From Octopus vulgaris (lineage: Eukaryota), in contig OX597821.1 in the NCBI GenBank assembly GCA_951406725.2, forward strand, positions 87,916,001 to 87,980,000: a stretch of DNA of 64,000 nucleotides. The letters are read 5' to 3'. Positions 28,650 through 41,089 of this stretch are shown in pieces. Within the stretch, counting starts at the first letter, position 1, and each line of letters starts with the position of its first letter. The position numbers and the translations under genes are program-made. The notes below the pieces were generated by a model, which made no database searches, was not told the origin of the DNA, and saw nothing but the letters and a program-made list of their open reading frames with translations.

Positions 28650-29163
28650 ATCCTTTTGATGATGATGATGCTGTTGCTGCTGCTGATGATGATGATGGTG
28701 GTGGTGGTGGTGGTGGTGATGGTGAAGGTGGTGGTGGTGATGGGGATGGTGGTGATGGGGATGGTGGTGATGGTGATGGTAGTGGTGGTGAGGTTAAATG
28801 AGGAGGAGTTGATGATGATGGTGATGACGACGGCGACGATGACGACGACGATGATAATGATGATGATGATGATAATGATGATGATGCTGATAATAATGTT
28901 GGTGGTAGTGTTAGTGAAATGAAAGCAGTATCAGAAGGAAGATAAAGGAAAAGAAGAAAAGAAAGGAGAAGAAGAAGAAGAAGAAAAAGAAGAAGGTGAT
29001 GACGACGGTGAGAACGACGACGACGACGATGAGGATGATGAAAGAGAGGGAAGAAGAAAAGATGCAATGATAATGGAGACAATGAAACGCCCGCAAAACT
29101 TCTGTGAGTGTCAGCAGGTCAAGCTAATTGATACAAGGATGACATCATCATCACCATCATCAT

Positions 29164-29194
<31 letters not shown>

Positions 29195-29319
29195 AGCAGC
29201 CGCAATGGTAGCAGAGGCGGCGGCAGCGGTAGCAACAGAAATAGCAGCGGCAGCGAGCAGCATCAACAACAGATGCACAAGAACAGTGGTATCATTAACA
29301 GCAGCAGCAGCACCATCAT

Positions 29320-29354
<35 letters not shown>

Positions 29355-29750
29355 ACAGCACCATCATAATCATCATCAACATCATCATCATCATCATCAT
29401 CACCATTATCATCATCAACAACACCATCATAATCATCATCACCATCACCATCACCATCATCATCAACAGCACCATCATCATCATCATAATCATCATCATC
29501 AACAGCACCATCATAATCATCATCAACATCATCATCATCATCATCATCATATCCATTATCATCATCAACAACACCATCATAATCATCATCATCATCATCA
29601 TCAACAGCACCATCATCATCATCATCATCATCAACATCATCATCATCATCAACATCATCATCGTCGTCGTCGTCATCAACGTCTTCATTATCGTCGTCGT
29701 CGTCAACGTCTTCATTGTCGTCGTCGTCGTCATCATCATCATCATCATCC
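28650..29750. repeat. (GAT/GGT)n then (CAT/CAG)n trinucleotide tracts
   Basis: Direct inspection. Confidence 0.9.
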
Positions 29751-30359
29751 TCCTCACTGGAATCAGCATTAGATATTACGCGGAATCCGACGTCTGTCGT
29801 CTCGACAAATAAGAAAGAGCAGCCCGATGTTCCGTCAAATCACACTCTCCAGTCTTATAAAAAAGTATACAATAAATAATATCCTAGAAGAAGAAACGGT
29901 ATGTTCATAGATAGAACATTCTTCGATAGCAGTTCTCTCTGCTGTTGTTTACCACGGGGCCAACCAACAGCAAAAATAATATCAAGTATAACTGTATCAC
30001 ACAAATTTAATTTTCGTTCTGTTCAAAGCAAAAACGGATCCACTCAGCTGTTGATTACTCGGGAGTTTCACGATATAATCCACGCTATTTTCCCCGGCAT
30101 CTACTGTAAAACGCGATTAAATCGATCACTTTAGTCAATCATTCAAGCAATCGATTAGTTAAGTGGTCAATTAACTAACTCTATATAATCGTATATTCAT
30201 TTTCCTGCATTTTCGTAGAGTTGTCTGGGAACAGATGCCATGTCGGTGGGGGCTTCTGTAAAGTCTGAGTCCATATTGGTTCTATCGGAGATATTTTGCG
30301 TTAATGAATTCCAGTCTATCCAGGAGGAGCGTTCTTGCAAGAATCTACTCTGTGATGAA

Positions 30360-31466
30360 AAACAGAATTGCCTTAGATATATCTCGATTTTTAAAAGGTG
30401 CCAGATCTTTCGCCTACAGAGTTTGTGAGAAGCTAGAAACTAAAGATGGAAACGTATCCCCAATATCAAAGCATAAAAAGTATTCTGAACACTCTGAAAT
30501 CATAAAAAAACCTGAATTTATCCAGCAAGTTCAACAGACTATTGACCACAATCCCAAAAAGTCCATGAGGTCAATTGCAAAAGATCTCCATGTTTCACAA
30601 GGAACAGTCAGAAATGTTGTCCACGAAGACATCAGATATAAGTCTTATATGATAAAGAAAGGTCAGTTTGTCAGAAAAAGCAGAAGAAAACCACTACATC
30701 GGATCTAAAAGGCTCTTAAACAAACTGAAAAATCCAGCAGAAGATTTGATTTGATTTTTCTCAAACAAGAAAAACTTCAACCAAGATCAAAAAGTTAACA
30801 GAAGAAATGACAGATGGCCATGTGCAGACCCTTCTAAAGTTCTAAGTGTTATGCATACAAAATTTCCTGCAACTGTCATGGTTTTAGGGCTTGCCAGCAA
30901 TGAAGGACATGTGATGTCTCCTTACTTCTTTCCACAAGGCCTTAGAGTTAACTCTGTCGCCAACATTGAGGTCCTGGAAACAATTGCTAAGCCCTGGATA
31001 GACTGTGTATGCAATGGAAGGCCATATGTGTTGCAGTAAGACTCTGTACTATTACACATGGCTCTAGTAACACAGGAATGGATGACTGAAAATTTTCATG
31101 ATCGCATAGCCCCAAACATTTGGTCTCATAATTCCCCAGATCTCAATCCATTGGACTACTACATGTGGAGCGTTGTTGAGTGAGAGGTCAATGAACACGT
31201 CAATAACACGAAAGATTCTTTGAAAGCTGCCATATTTAGAGTAATGTCCAGAATAAACCAGGACCACTTGATTCGAGTATGTTGATAATTTAGATCTCAT
31301 ATAGAAGCAGTTGTTGGAGCTGAATGTGGCTTTATTGAATAACATTATAGAAAAAGTTTATTTTCATCCTTATAGCATTTTTTTGAAAAATAAAATTACT
31401 ACCTGTTATTATATATCTGTTTATTTTTATAAACATAAATCTGTCTTCAAATATCTTACGCTCCCT
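30360..31466 (+). mobile_element. DD37D (maT-type) Tc1/mariner transposon, decayed
   Basis: NPKKSMRSIAKDLHVS, HTKFPATVMVLG, YVLQ*DS...SPDLNPLDYYMW with 37 residues between the second and third D; stops and frameshifts; ORF ends at 31342. Confidence 0.88.
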
Positions 31467-32022
31467 ATATGTATATATATAAAATAGATGTGTTATAAAA
31501 CTATTCCTCAAATACAGTAACAACAATCCAATATACCTCCATCATTAGCTGCCCCACGGATATCATTATGGTTTCGACACCTGGGCAGTACCATTCAATC
31601 CCACGGTATCAACAGCCCTAAAATAAGTGTTGTTTGGGACAAACATACTTAGATATCACCACATTCATTCAATCTTAATCCTAGGAAGGATTAAGCACTA
31701 ACATTATTAAATAAACTGCGTCAAAGAAGCACATTTACTCCATGTACAAAAACAGTATCGGTAAATAAATTCAGTAAGTAAACCTATAACTAACTCCTAA
31801 ATTATCTAACTACATAGAAACCTAGCCCTTGAAGTCCATGCAGATACTATTCCCACTAGTTTTTCATAGTTTTTAATATAAAAGTGAAAGCTTTTATATT
31901 CTATTCCCTCCAAAACAAAACTAACTCGATTGAAATTAACTTAACTTATAATATAACTAAATCTGAGTGATTTACACTATTTCATAATCTAAAAGTTAAG
32001 AATTAAAACATCACATACGTAT

Positions 32023-32430
32023 GTGGCCGTGTGGTAAGTAGCTTGTTTACCAACCACGAGGTACCGAGTTCAGTCCCACTGCGTGGCACCTTGAGCAAGT
32101 GTCTTCTATAGCCTCGGGCCGACCAAAGCCTTGTGAGTGGATTTGGTAGACGGAAACTGAAAGAAGCCCGTCGTATATATGTATATATATGTATATGTGT
32201 GTGTGTGTGTGTATGTTTGTGTTTGTCCCCCCTAGAATTGCTTCACAACCGATGCTGGTGTGTTTATGTCCCCGTCACTTAGCGGTTCGGCAAAAGAGAC
32301 CGATAGAATAAGTACTGGGCTTACAAAGAATAAGTCCTGGGGTCGAGTTGCTCGATTAAAGGCGGTGCTCCAGCATGGCTGTAGTCAAATTACTGAAACA
32401 AGTAAAAAGAGTAAAAAAGAGTAAGAGAGT
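32023..32430 (+). mobile_element. SINE family B
   Basis: Head, body and tail all present. Confidence 0.9.
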
Positions 32431-32829
32431 ATCAAATATTTGTTATCCTTACATGCTTTGGTGTTAAATTTATACTTGTAACGTAATAGATAATACTAAA
32501 ATATCCTTATAAATAGGAACTAATAAAAGGATACCTGTAATTAACAATTATTATAAAAACCTTGTTACGATTAAAGCTAAATATAAAACTGTTTGAAAGA
32601 TAATATAAAATACAAAGTATTATCACTTACATGTTATCTGGACCATGGAGGTTCAGTCAACTATATTCTCAAAAGACTGTCTTAGCTGTGGATGACGTTG
32701 TGCGTAATTCACTACTTTCTCCATTGTCGTTAACAATTTTGGTGACGTAGTGTGCAATTTAGGGTGACTTGTAAACAGTCCAGACGTTTACAAATATTTA
32801 CTAAGCTGAAGGTTAGATATTACACCATA

Positions 32830-33062
32830 ATAAGGCGGCGAGCTGGCAGAAACGTTAGCACGCCGGGCGAAATGCTTAGTGGTATTTCGTCTGCCGCTAC
32901 GTTCTGAGTTCAAATTATGCCGAGGTCGACTTTGCCTTTCATCCTTTCGGGGTCGATTTAATAAGTACTAGTTAGGCACTGGGGTCGATATAATCGACTT
33001 AATCCGTTTGTCTGTCCTTGTTTGTCCCCTCTGTGTTTAGCCCCTTGTGGGTAATAAAGAAA
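32830..33062 (+). mobile_element. SINE family C monomer with TSD
   Basis: TSD TAGATATTACACCATA at 32814-32829 and 33063-33078. Confidence 0.93.
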
Positions 33063-33746
33063 TAGATATTACACCATATTTATTAAAAATTTCCAGTCTC
33101 CCACCTAAACAGCGATTAAGCTTTTTAACTAATTTACCATCCTTGTTTTACTTAATACATTAACAGTCTAGTTTTTTTCTTTCCCAAAATCTATCAGTAT
33201 TATTAATAATGGTACCATACCTGATAACCTGGTCTGAATAAAAATCCATAACGTATAAAAGAAGGAATTCTACTACTGAACCATGGTATTAAAGCTACTT
33301 GGAAATCAAAATCTGTTTTATTATAAATATCCTTAATTACTAAATCTGTTTTATTATAATTATCCTTAATTACTAAATTGACATCTGAATAATTAATATT
33401 CTTTATATTATCACCATTTCTGGTGGCCTTAAGCTCACTAGGATATATTTTTATGAGGAAAATTCAAAAAAACCATAATTAGGTATAAATATATCATCTA
33501 TGTGTCTGCAACATTCATTAAGTTGTTTAAGCAAACCAAGCTTTTTCCTCGCACATAGGTCTTTAAGAAAAAGGAACTCGCATGAAGAAAGATAAGCGTC
33601 CACCAACAGAGGGCCACAATTTTCACCCATTAGAATTCCCCTAGACTGCTCAACCACCCTAACTACAACATACAAACGAATTATTCATAACAAAAAACTA
33701 ACCATCTCTTTCATCTTTCTCTTATTTATATTAGTATATCCCTTAT

Positions 33747-34052
33747 GTGGAGGCGCAATGGCCTAGTGGTTAGGGCAGCGGACTCGCGGTCGCAGGATCG
33801 CGGTTTCGATTCCCAGACCGGGCGTTGTGAGTGTTTATTGAGCGAAAACACCTAAAAAGCTCCACGAGGCTCCGGCAGGGGATGGTGATCCCTGCTGTAC
33901 TCTTTCACCACTCTTTCTCTCACTCTTTCGTCTGTTGGCCTGCTCGCTTAGCCAACGGGGTGGCGTCATTCGAAGGCTAAAACGATGCGAACGCATTGTG
34001 ACCAGCGATGTGTAACAACATCTGATGGTCTGGTCGGTCACGTGGTCACGTG
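33747..34052 (+). mobile_element. SINE family A with tail type 2
   Basis: Head GGAGGCGCAATGGCCTAGTGGTTAGG; tail ends GGTCACGTGGTCACGTG; imperfect TSD ATATCCCT. Confidence 0.9.
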
Positions 34053-34567
34053 ATATCCCTCATAACAACAATTAAACAAGAAACCTTTACCATTCTTTCA
34101 AGATATTAATTTATATCCTTTATTATATATAATATCTAATATACTAAAAGTACCTTCTTCTACATATTTAAGATTTAAGTTTGTATATAGCGTCGAAGTT
34201 TCGTACACGTACATACACTTAAACTTCTTGCATTTAATCAGTCAATCCAGAATTTCCTTATTTTTTTCTCTCTCTAGTTTCAGCTCAGAGCTGCGGCCAT
34301 GCTGGTGCACCGCCGTTTGATCACCACCTTAGTTGATCTAATACACCAAAAATAATTAATTCCCGAACTCTTATAAATTTTATCACAATATGTTTTTTAA
34401 AAAAAGCTCTAACTACTTTTAAAACATCATTAACCAATATAAATAGCCGTTTATTTGAACAATTACTAACCCTGCTATGAATCTACTTTTAAAAGGAAAT
34501 TTATGCAGTTTAGGAATCCCAAAAATTTTACGAATATTTTTATCCTTTTCTTCAACTTCTAAACCAC

Positions 34568-34752
<185 letters not shown>

Positions 34753-34769
34753 ACTCTTTTATTTTTAAT

Positions 34770-34965
34770 TACTTTACTTGGTTCAGTCATTTGACTGCGG
34801 CCATGCTGGAGCACCGCCTTTAGTCGAGCAAATCGATCTCAGGACTTATTCATTGTAAACCTTGTACTTATTCGACCACTTTCTTTAGCCGAACCGCTAA
34901 GTTACAGGGACGTAAACACACCAACATCAGCGATGGTTGGGGACGAACCCAGACACACAAATACT
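34770..34965 (-). mobile_element. SINE family B, 3' half
   Basis: Matches the family B tail. Confidence 0.8.
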
Positions 34966-35004
34966 CACAAATACACAGACGCGCACGCGCAGTACACACA
35001 TAAT

Positions 35005-35460
35005 TGGAAAAACTGGAGTCAACAAGAAGGGGTACGGTTAAATATTTATTTTTAAATCACTACAATTGTTTCCAGGCAACGTGGTTCTCCAAGTGTGAAG
35101 ATACTTGATTATTCAAATGCTTCCCTGCGTTATGAATTGTGTCTCCTCAGGCGATATGTAAATATTGTCCCCATGAGTCTAAAATCTTTGGCTTCAAGAA
35201 AATCCTTTCTGTCTGTCGAGCCCTGAGTAGTAGTATTGAATTCAGCCACGACAGACAGAAGGGATGTTCTTGAATCCGAGGACTATAAATTTACTGAGAC
35301 AATATTTACACATCGACTGAGGAAACAACTAGATCTCATAATTCAATGAGACCGTCGCATAATCATGTACCTGCACATCTAGAGAACTACGTTGCGAGGA
35401 AACAATTGTAGTAATTAAAAAAATAAATGTCCAACTATCTTGTGTACTCAAATTTTTTCA
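35005..35460. mobile_element. Fold-back element: two inverted arms, each with a hammerhead-like motif
   Basis: Arms pair (e.g. ACTACAATTGTTTCC / GGAAACAATTGTAGT; TTCTGTCTGTCG / CGACAGACAGAA); CTGAGGA...GAAAC-AATT-GTA on minus 35056-35155 and plus 35312-35415. Confidence 0.75.
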
Positions 35461-35668
35461 GTTATCTACCCACTCACGACAAATGTCCAAGCTCAAACCT
35501 GGAAGTACGTATAATGCTACTACTGGATAGCACAGGGTAAATCTGAAGGTGGACGAGCTTTCTCTTGTGCTCTACTACGTTTTCAACAGAATATACCATA
35601 ACTATATACATACATACCTACATACCTACATATATACATACACACACATACATACACTCGTGCGCCTG

Positions 35669-35704
<36 letters not shown>

Positions 35705-35742
35705 TGTATGTATGTATGTATGTATGTATGTATGTATGCATG

Positions 35743-35800
<58 letters not shown>

Positions 35801-35801
<1 letters not shown>

Positions 35802-36172
35802 GTGTAGGAGTGGCTGTGTTGTGAGATGATTGCTTCCCAACCACATGGTTCAGAGTTCAGTCCCTCTGTGTGGCACCTCGGGCTAGTGTCTTCTACTGTA
35901 ACCTCGGCCAACCTAAGCCTTGTGAGTGGATTTAGTACGTATGTATCTATGTGTACGTCTCCCGTCACCGCTTGACAATCGCTGCTGATGTATTTACGTC
36001 TTCGTAATTTAGTCATTCGGTAAAAGAGACCGATTGAATAAGTACTAGAGTTAAAAAGATAATCCCTGGATAAATTTGTTCGACTAAGCAAAAGAAACCT
36101 TTCAAAGCGGTGCTCCAGCATGACCGCAGCCAAATGTCTGAAACAAGTTAGAGAATAAGGGAATAAAAGAGT
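35801..36172 (+). mobile_element. SINE family B, degenerate
   Basis: Head GGAGTGGCTGTG; tail GGTGCTCCAGCATGACCGCAG. Confidence 0.8.
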
Positions 36173-36387
36173 ATATATAAATATTCATCACTCTGGGCAA
36201 TAGACACGCACCAAAGAAAACCTCGAAGGCCCTGTATTTCCTAGAGGTCAGTCATTTCCTTCTCTTTATATCTCTTGTTGCTGAAACATCCTACAACTTA
36301 TGCCCACGGGCATATGGCGTAGTGATTAAGAGCGCGGGCTACTAACCCCAAGATTCCGAGTTCGATTCCAAGCACAGTGAACTGAAC

Positions 36388-36465
<78 letters not shown>

Positions 36466-36466
<1 letters not shown>

Positions 36467-37030
36467 TGCCCTGATGCAGTACCAGGCAGTGGCTCTCATG
36501 GCTTCTGATCATAACTGATTGGAAGTGTTATCATGTACATTGTTTTGTCTTGGTATAAAAGATGGGCTACAGCAAATATTCTGCTCAATACCACAGATTT
36601 GCTTGTCAGTTGTTTGACCTTAACCAGTTGAGCATGTCCTTTAGTGGCTGACAATATGTGCATCTCTGATCACGAGCAGAAGTAGTGGGGGAGCATCATA
36701 GCCATGTGTTGAGAAGGATTCTTTGGGGTTTGAATAATTCACCTCTGGAAACATGGGTGTTTCGTTCAACGTCCTTAAACAACCCTTATTCAGGGACCTT
36801 TTGAGCGGGATGGGTTACTCGATCTGAAGAAAATTCTAACTGGGCTCCACCTGCAAGGTCATGTGCTGTTTATCTTGATATGAGATCACCATGTCGCGCA
36901 CATATGGTTGTGATGCATGTGCCTGGTGTACCCTTATCAGACGGGTAGTGTCATGATGGGTATACTGGGCTTCGTATATTTTACCCCAGTGTCACTTTGA
37001 TGGCATGCTCTGCTCTCTCACTCAATAATA
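36466..37030 (+). mobile_element. (AAT)n-associated retroelement 3' region nested in SINE D
   Basis: Absent from the 3933-4278 copy; embedded in (AAT)n; shares its 3' end with 18198-18330. Confidence 0.8.
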
Positions 37031-37086
37031 ATAATAACATCGAAGAATACCTTAGGAATGAGAACCCAGGTTCGAAATTTCCCCAA

Positions 37087-37132
37087 GACACCTGAAGAAG
37101 GCTGGAGGTTATATCAGCCGAAACGTTGTGTT
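37087..37132 (+). ncRNA. Minimal type I hammerhead-like motif
   Basis: GACAC-CTGAAGA-A-GGCTG(loop)CAGCC-GAAAC-GTT-GTGTT; stem III is reduced to the palindrome ACGT. Confidence 0.6.
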
Positions 37133-37239
37133 AACAACACACAAGATGAGGACAAATATCCGTCGAATGTAAATAATGTAAATAATGTACATAATTCCTC
37201 ATCTCTTAAATATAGAACTGTATCTCCTACAACTTGTTT

Positions 37240-38330
37240 GCTTAACCATAACCGTGTTCTCTAGATACAAGATGACCAAACATTATCATGCTTTTTAGTA
37301 ATTGGCAAGTGTAATTCTGTATTTTAAAATCACGTTGGTGAAAGGACATATCCTTATCTGACACTATCGATCGTTTTAAACCAGTTATTTGGTGAATGTA
37401 TAAACTGATACAAATGTTATAATGACTTCATGATAGTTAGTTGATGCAATATTAATCATAATAAACCATAGTGCTTTAAGCTAAATGTGGTGAAAGTGGT
37501 TTTTAAAACCAATCAAGTTTTGCTAAAGGTCCAACATGGTGTTCTCAGTACATTCCTGAAAGATCATTAATGTTACTAATCCGCTCAGGAAGCTAATGTT
37601 TGGAATAAATAAAACATATATCAAACGCTTAGTTTAGCAACATACAGCAAAATCTCGCTCGAATGGCTAATTAAACTAACTGCACGGTTGGATTACACAC
37701 ACTTTTTGATGTCGCTTTTCTTTTGTAGTGCTAAATCAATCGATGCTGTCCCTTTACTGAGAGATTCCTCCAATACGCAAAATACTATTAGAAATTTTAT
37801 TATGAATCGCAGTGACATATTCACCTCTGTGCTTTAACAAATCTTCTCCTATGTTATCTCTTCAAGGGGATTGATTTCATTTTAGTTTCCTAATTGCTTG
37901 TGTAACTTCTGAAGTTATTAACGAGAATTTTCAGTCTTTATTGTTTTAGCGTATTACTATCTTCGTCTAGAGCTGTAAAGTTCCTCACATTATTCCTTCT
38001 ATCTTTCAATTACATCATTTGCCTTGCTTAGTTGGCTGCCATATTTATCTTCAAAATCTTGACATTTTGGTACCCATTCTTTGGTAAGATCTTTAAACAA
38101 TTTGCTATATTTTTTATTGAGTTATTTACACTACGACTTCTTCCTGTTTTCTCACATTTTTCGTTAATCAACGTAATTTTTGTTGATTTAATATCTTTCT
38201 TTTCTGTTTTTTTTTTTGTTCGTTTCCTATTGGCAAATATATATATTCCCTTTTTGCTGTTTTATTTTCATATACTTTCCGTTTCAGATCTCTTCTTTCG
38301 CCATGGCTGATTAAAACATTTATTTATCCA
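37240..38330 (-). pseudogene. RTE-like LINE RT remnant
   Basis: EVTQAIRKLK*NQSP*RDNIGEDLLKHRGE...LQKKSDIKKC resembles the KSPG.DNI.AELLK.GGE...KKGD RT N-terminal region. Confidence 0.65.
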
Positions 38331-38426
38331 ATGATTCCTGACGCTTTTCGTTTTAACAAGACTTTCTGTCATCTGTTTTTATACAAACACGCACAAGCAC
38401 AAACATACACATACAAGCATACGCAA

Positions 38427-38478
<52 letters not shown>

Positions 38479-38845
38479 ACACACACGCATCCTCTATCAC
38501 CTACTCAGCTCTTCACTTCATTTCGTCCCTTCCCTTTCCTTTTATTCTCCTGCTATCAGGGCAAGGAAGTATTGTCGATTCCATTTATATCTCTTCAGGA
38601 GGTGGAGATAATTGATGTTCAATGTGAAAGTATAGGGTGATATTTACTATTCTATATCCTGGCCACGTGGCTGCCCATGAGATAATGGTTTCACCACAAT
38701 GAAGCAAAACATCACCAAAATTATAGAAGGTTTTTTTTTTCTCTGGGGAACGAACAATTACACAAACTCATACATCCTATTATTTGTGACTCCTTATATA
38801 AGCCTCTGTATATATTTAGATGTAAATAATAAACAGCATAGGCCA

Positions 38846-38880
<35 letters not shown>

Positions 38881-39336
38881 AGTGTGTGTGTGTGTGCGCG
38901 CATCGTGTTGATAGTCCATTGTACGAAATACTTGGAACCTGACATTTCAAATTTCGGAAATTTTAAAATTACAAGATAAAGGCAAATTGTGCTTGGGACC
39001 CATTTTTACAGAAATTATCCATTTATATTTGGTAATGCTGCATATCAAAATATGCCGTGCATATGGTCTTATATACACATTTGACACAAGTCTTCTTTCA
39101 CACGGCAGATTCACTTTGGGAACGCTTTGCTTTCCTGCAGTGAAATCCGTCCATTACACTTTTCACTTCAGCTTATCAAACATGAAAACACCTCGGGGTC
39201 ACTATCGCTGCTTAGTTTTATACCATTCCGAACACTCTTTCCAGCAATATTCCATTTGTGGTGCTTAAAAACTATTCGGATTTACGAGGTTTTGGGATTT
39301 CGGAATTCGGGATAAACGATTAATAACTGTATTTTC

Positions 39337-39371
<35 letters not shown>

Positions 39372-39467
39372 CGCGCGCGCGTATGTGTGTGTGTATGTAT
39401 GTGTGTTTGTGTGTATGCGTGCGCATAGTATATAAATATATACACACACATGTGCGCTTCTATGTGC

Positions 39468-39510
<43 letters not shown>

Positions 39511-39689
39511 TTATTGTTTTTCGGTTTTTCCTTTTCCCCTTCTCCGTCCTCCCTCTCTCTCTATTTATATGTATAGAGAGAGAGAGAGAGAGTAAGAAAA
39601 AGGGAGAGTGAGAGAGTGGGAGAGTGAAAGAGAGAGAGAGAAATACATATATATATATGGAAACATGCATACATACATACATACATACA

Positions 39690-39733
<44 letters not shown>

Positions 39734-39763
39734 CATACATACATACATACATACATACATACA

Positions 39764-39795
<32 letters not shown>

Positions 39796-40592
39796 CACAG
39801 CACAAAATGTGAAAGTAAGTACTAGGGTGGTGTGATTCGATCGTTCAGACAACCCCTCCGCTGTCTCTTTTACGGATTTGTGGCCGTATGCCAGTCTAAG
39901 TAGTCATCATTGTCACTGCTCTTGCAGCCATTATTATCATCGAAGTCGTTGTCGCAGTGGAAGAAATTGCTGTTGTTTTTGCTATTGTTGTTGCTGTTGT
40001 TATTGTTGCCCAGCGTTATCATCGTTATTGTGGTCCACCTATATAAAACCCGACAACTATTCTTTCCCAGTTGACCTGTCTTTGATAGGTCATTCAAAAC
40101 AAATACATAAATAAATAAAGAATAGCCTTGTCTTACAGTCTTTCAACACTGACAGATTTCAACCCTTTTAACACCATTTCTCCGTAATGTGTTAATAGAG
40201 TTCTGCCCGTCATTTCCGTTTGACTTCCGTTTGGCATCTGCTCAGCCATGGCAGGCTTCCAACTGACAACTTCGCAATGACTTTTACCCGATGTTCGCTA
40301 CCCATACACGCTCTATGTTGTCATTGTCATCTTCAGCTTGTTTAGCTCCACGCAAGCATCGTAATTGACAGTTAACTTATTGTCAGCGTTCTTCTCTTTT
40401 TACGTTCTGGTTTCAAATCGTACCGGGCGAATCAAGAGTTTTCATTTTTCCAAGGTGTCAAAATCGATATTAATATCGATAAAAACGATATAATCGACTG
40501 TATTCTAATAAAAAAAAATCTGTGACATTACGCTCTGTGCTAGAAATAATATATTGCTAGTGTATTTAAAAGTTTTATGTGAGCATTACCCT

Positions 40593-40727
40593 TGGCTGTT
40601 GTAAGTAGCTTGCTTACCAACCACATGGTTCCGGGTTCAGTCCCACTGCGTGGCACCTTGAGCAAGTGCTTGTACTATAGCCTTGCTGGTGGATTTGGTA
40701 GACGGAAACTGAAAGAATTCCGTCGTA

Positions 40728-40782
<55 letters not shown>

Positions 40783-40995
40783 GTATGTGTGTGTGTGAGT
40801 ATATGTTTGTGTGTCTGTGTTTGTCACCCCAAAATCGCTTGACAACTGATGCTGGTGTGTTTACGTCCCCGTAACTTAGCGGTTCGGCAAAAGAGACCGA
40901 TAGAATAAGTACTAGGCTTATAAAGAATAAGTCCTCGGGTCGACTCGCTCCAGCATAGCCACAGTCAAATGACTGAAACAAGTAAAAAAGTAAAG
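40593..40995 (+). mobile_element. SINE family B with internal deletions
   Basis: Head and tail match family B. Confidence 0.88.
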
Positions 40996-41089
40996 TGTAT
41001 TGTTCAATCTCGATTTTCAAACTCTTTAGGGTCGATAAAATAAAGTATCAGAGTTGGTTTAGTTCGCTAAATACTCCTAGAAACGTCTG

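Larger units (their letters stand above)
32800..34560 (-). pseudogene. Penelope-like element reverse transcriptase remnant (Naiad/Chlamys-like), interrupted by SINEs
   Basis: GIPKLHKFPFKSRFIA, YETSTLYTNL, QSRGILMGENCGPLLVDAYL, RHIDDI, IYPSEL in the expected PLE RT order. Confidence 0.8.
36300..37224 (+). mobile_element. SINE family D with nested insertion
   Basis: A box TGGCGTAGTGA, B box GTTCGATTCC, (AAT)n, tail; 11-bp TSD TCCTACAACTT (36289-36299 / 37225-37235). Confidence 0.9.

Noticed and set aside
33747-33825. tRNA-like sequences at SINE heads
   Set aside because: A/B boxes are present, but they run into SINE bodies with TSDs and lack a proper acceptor stem; not tRNA genes.
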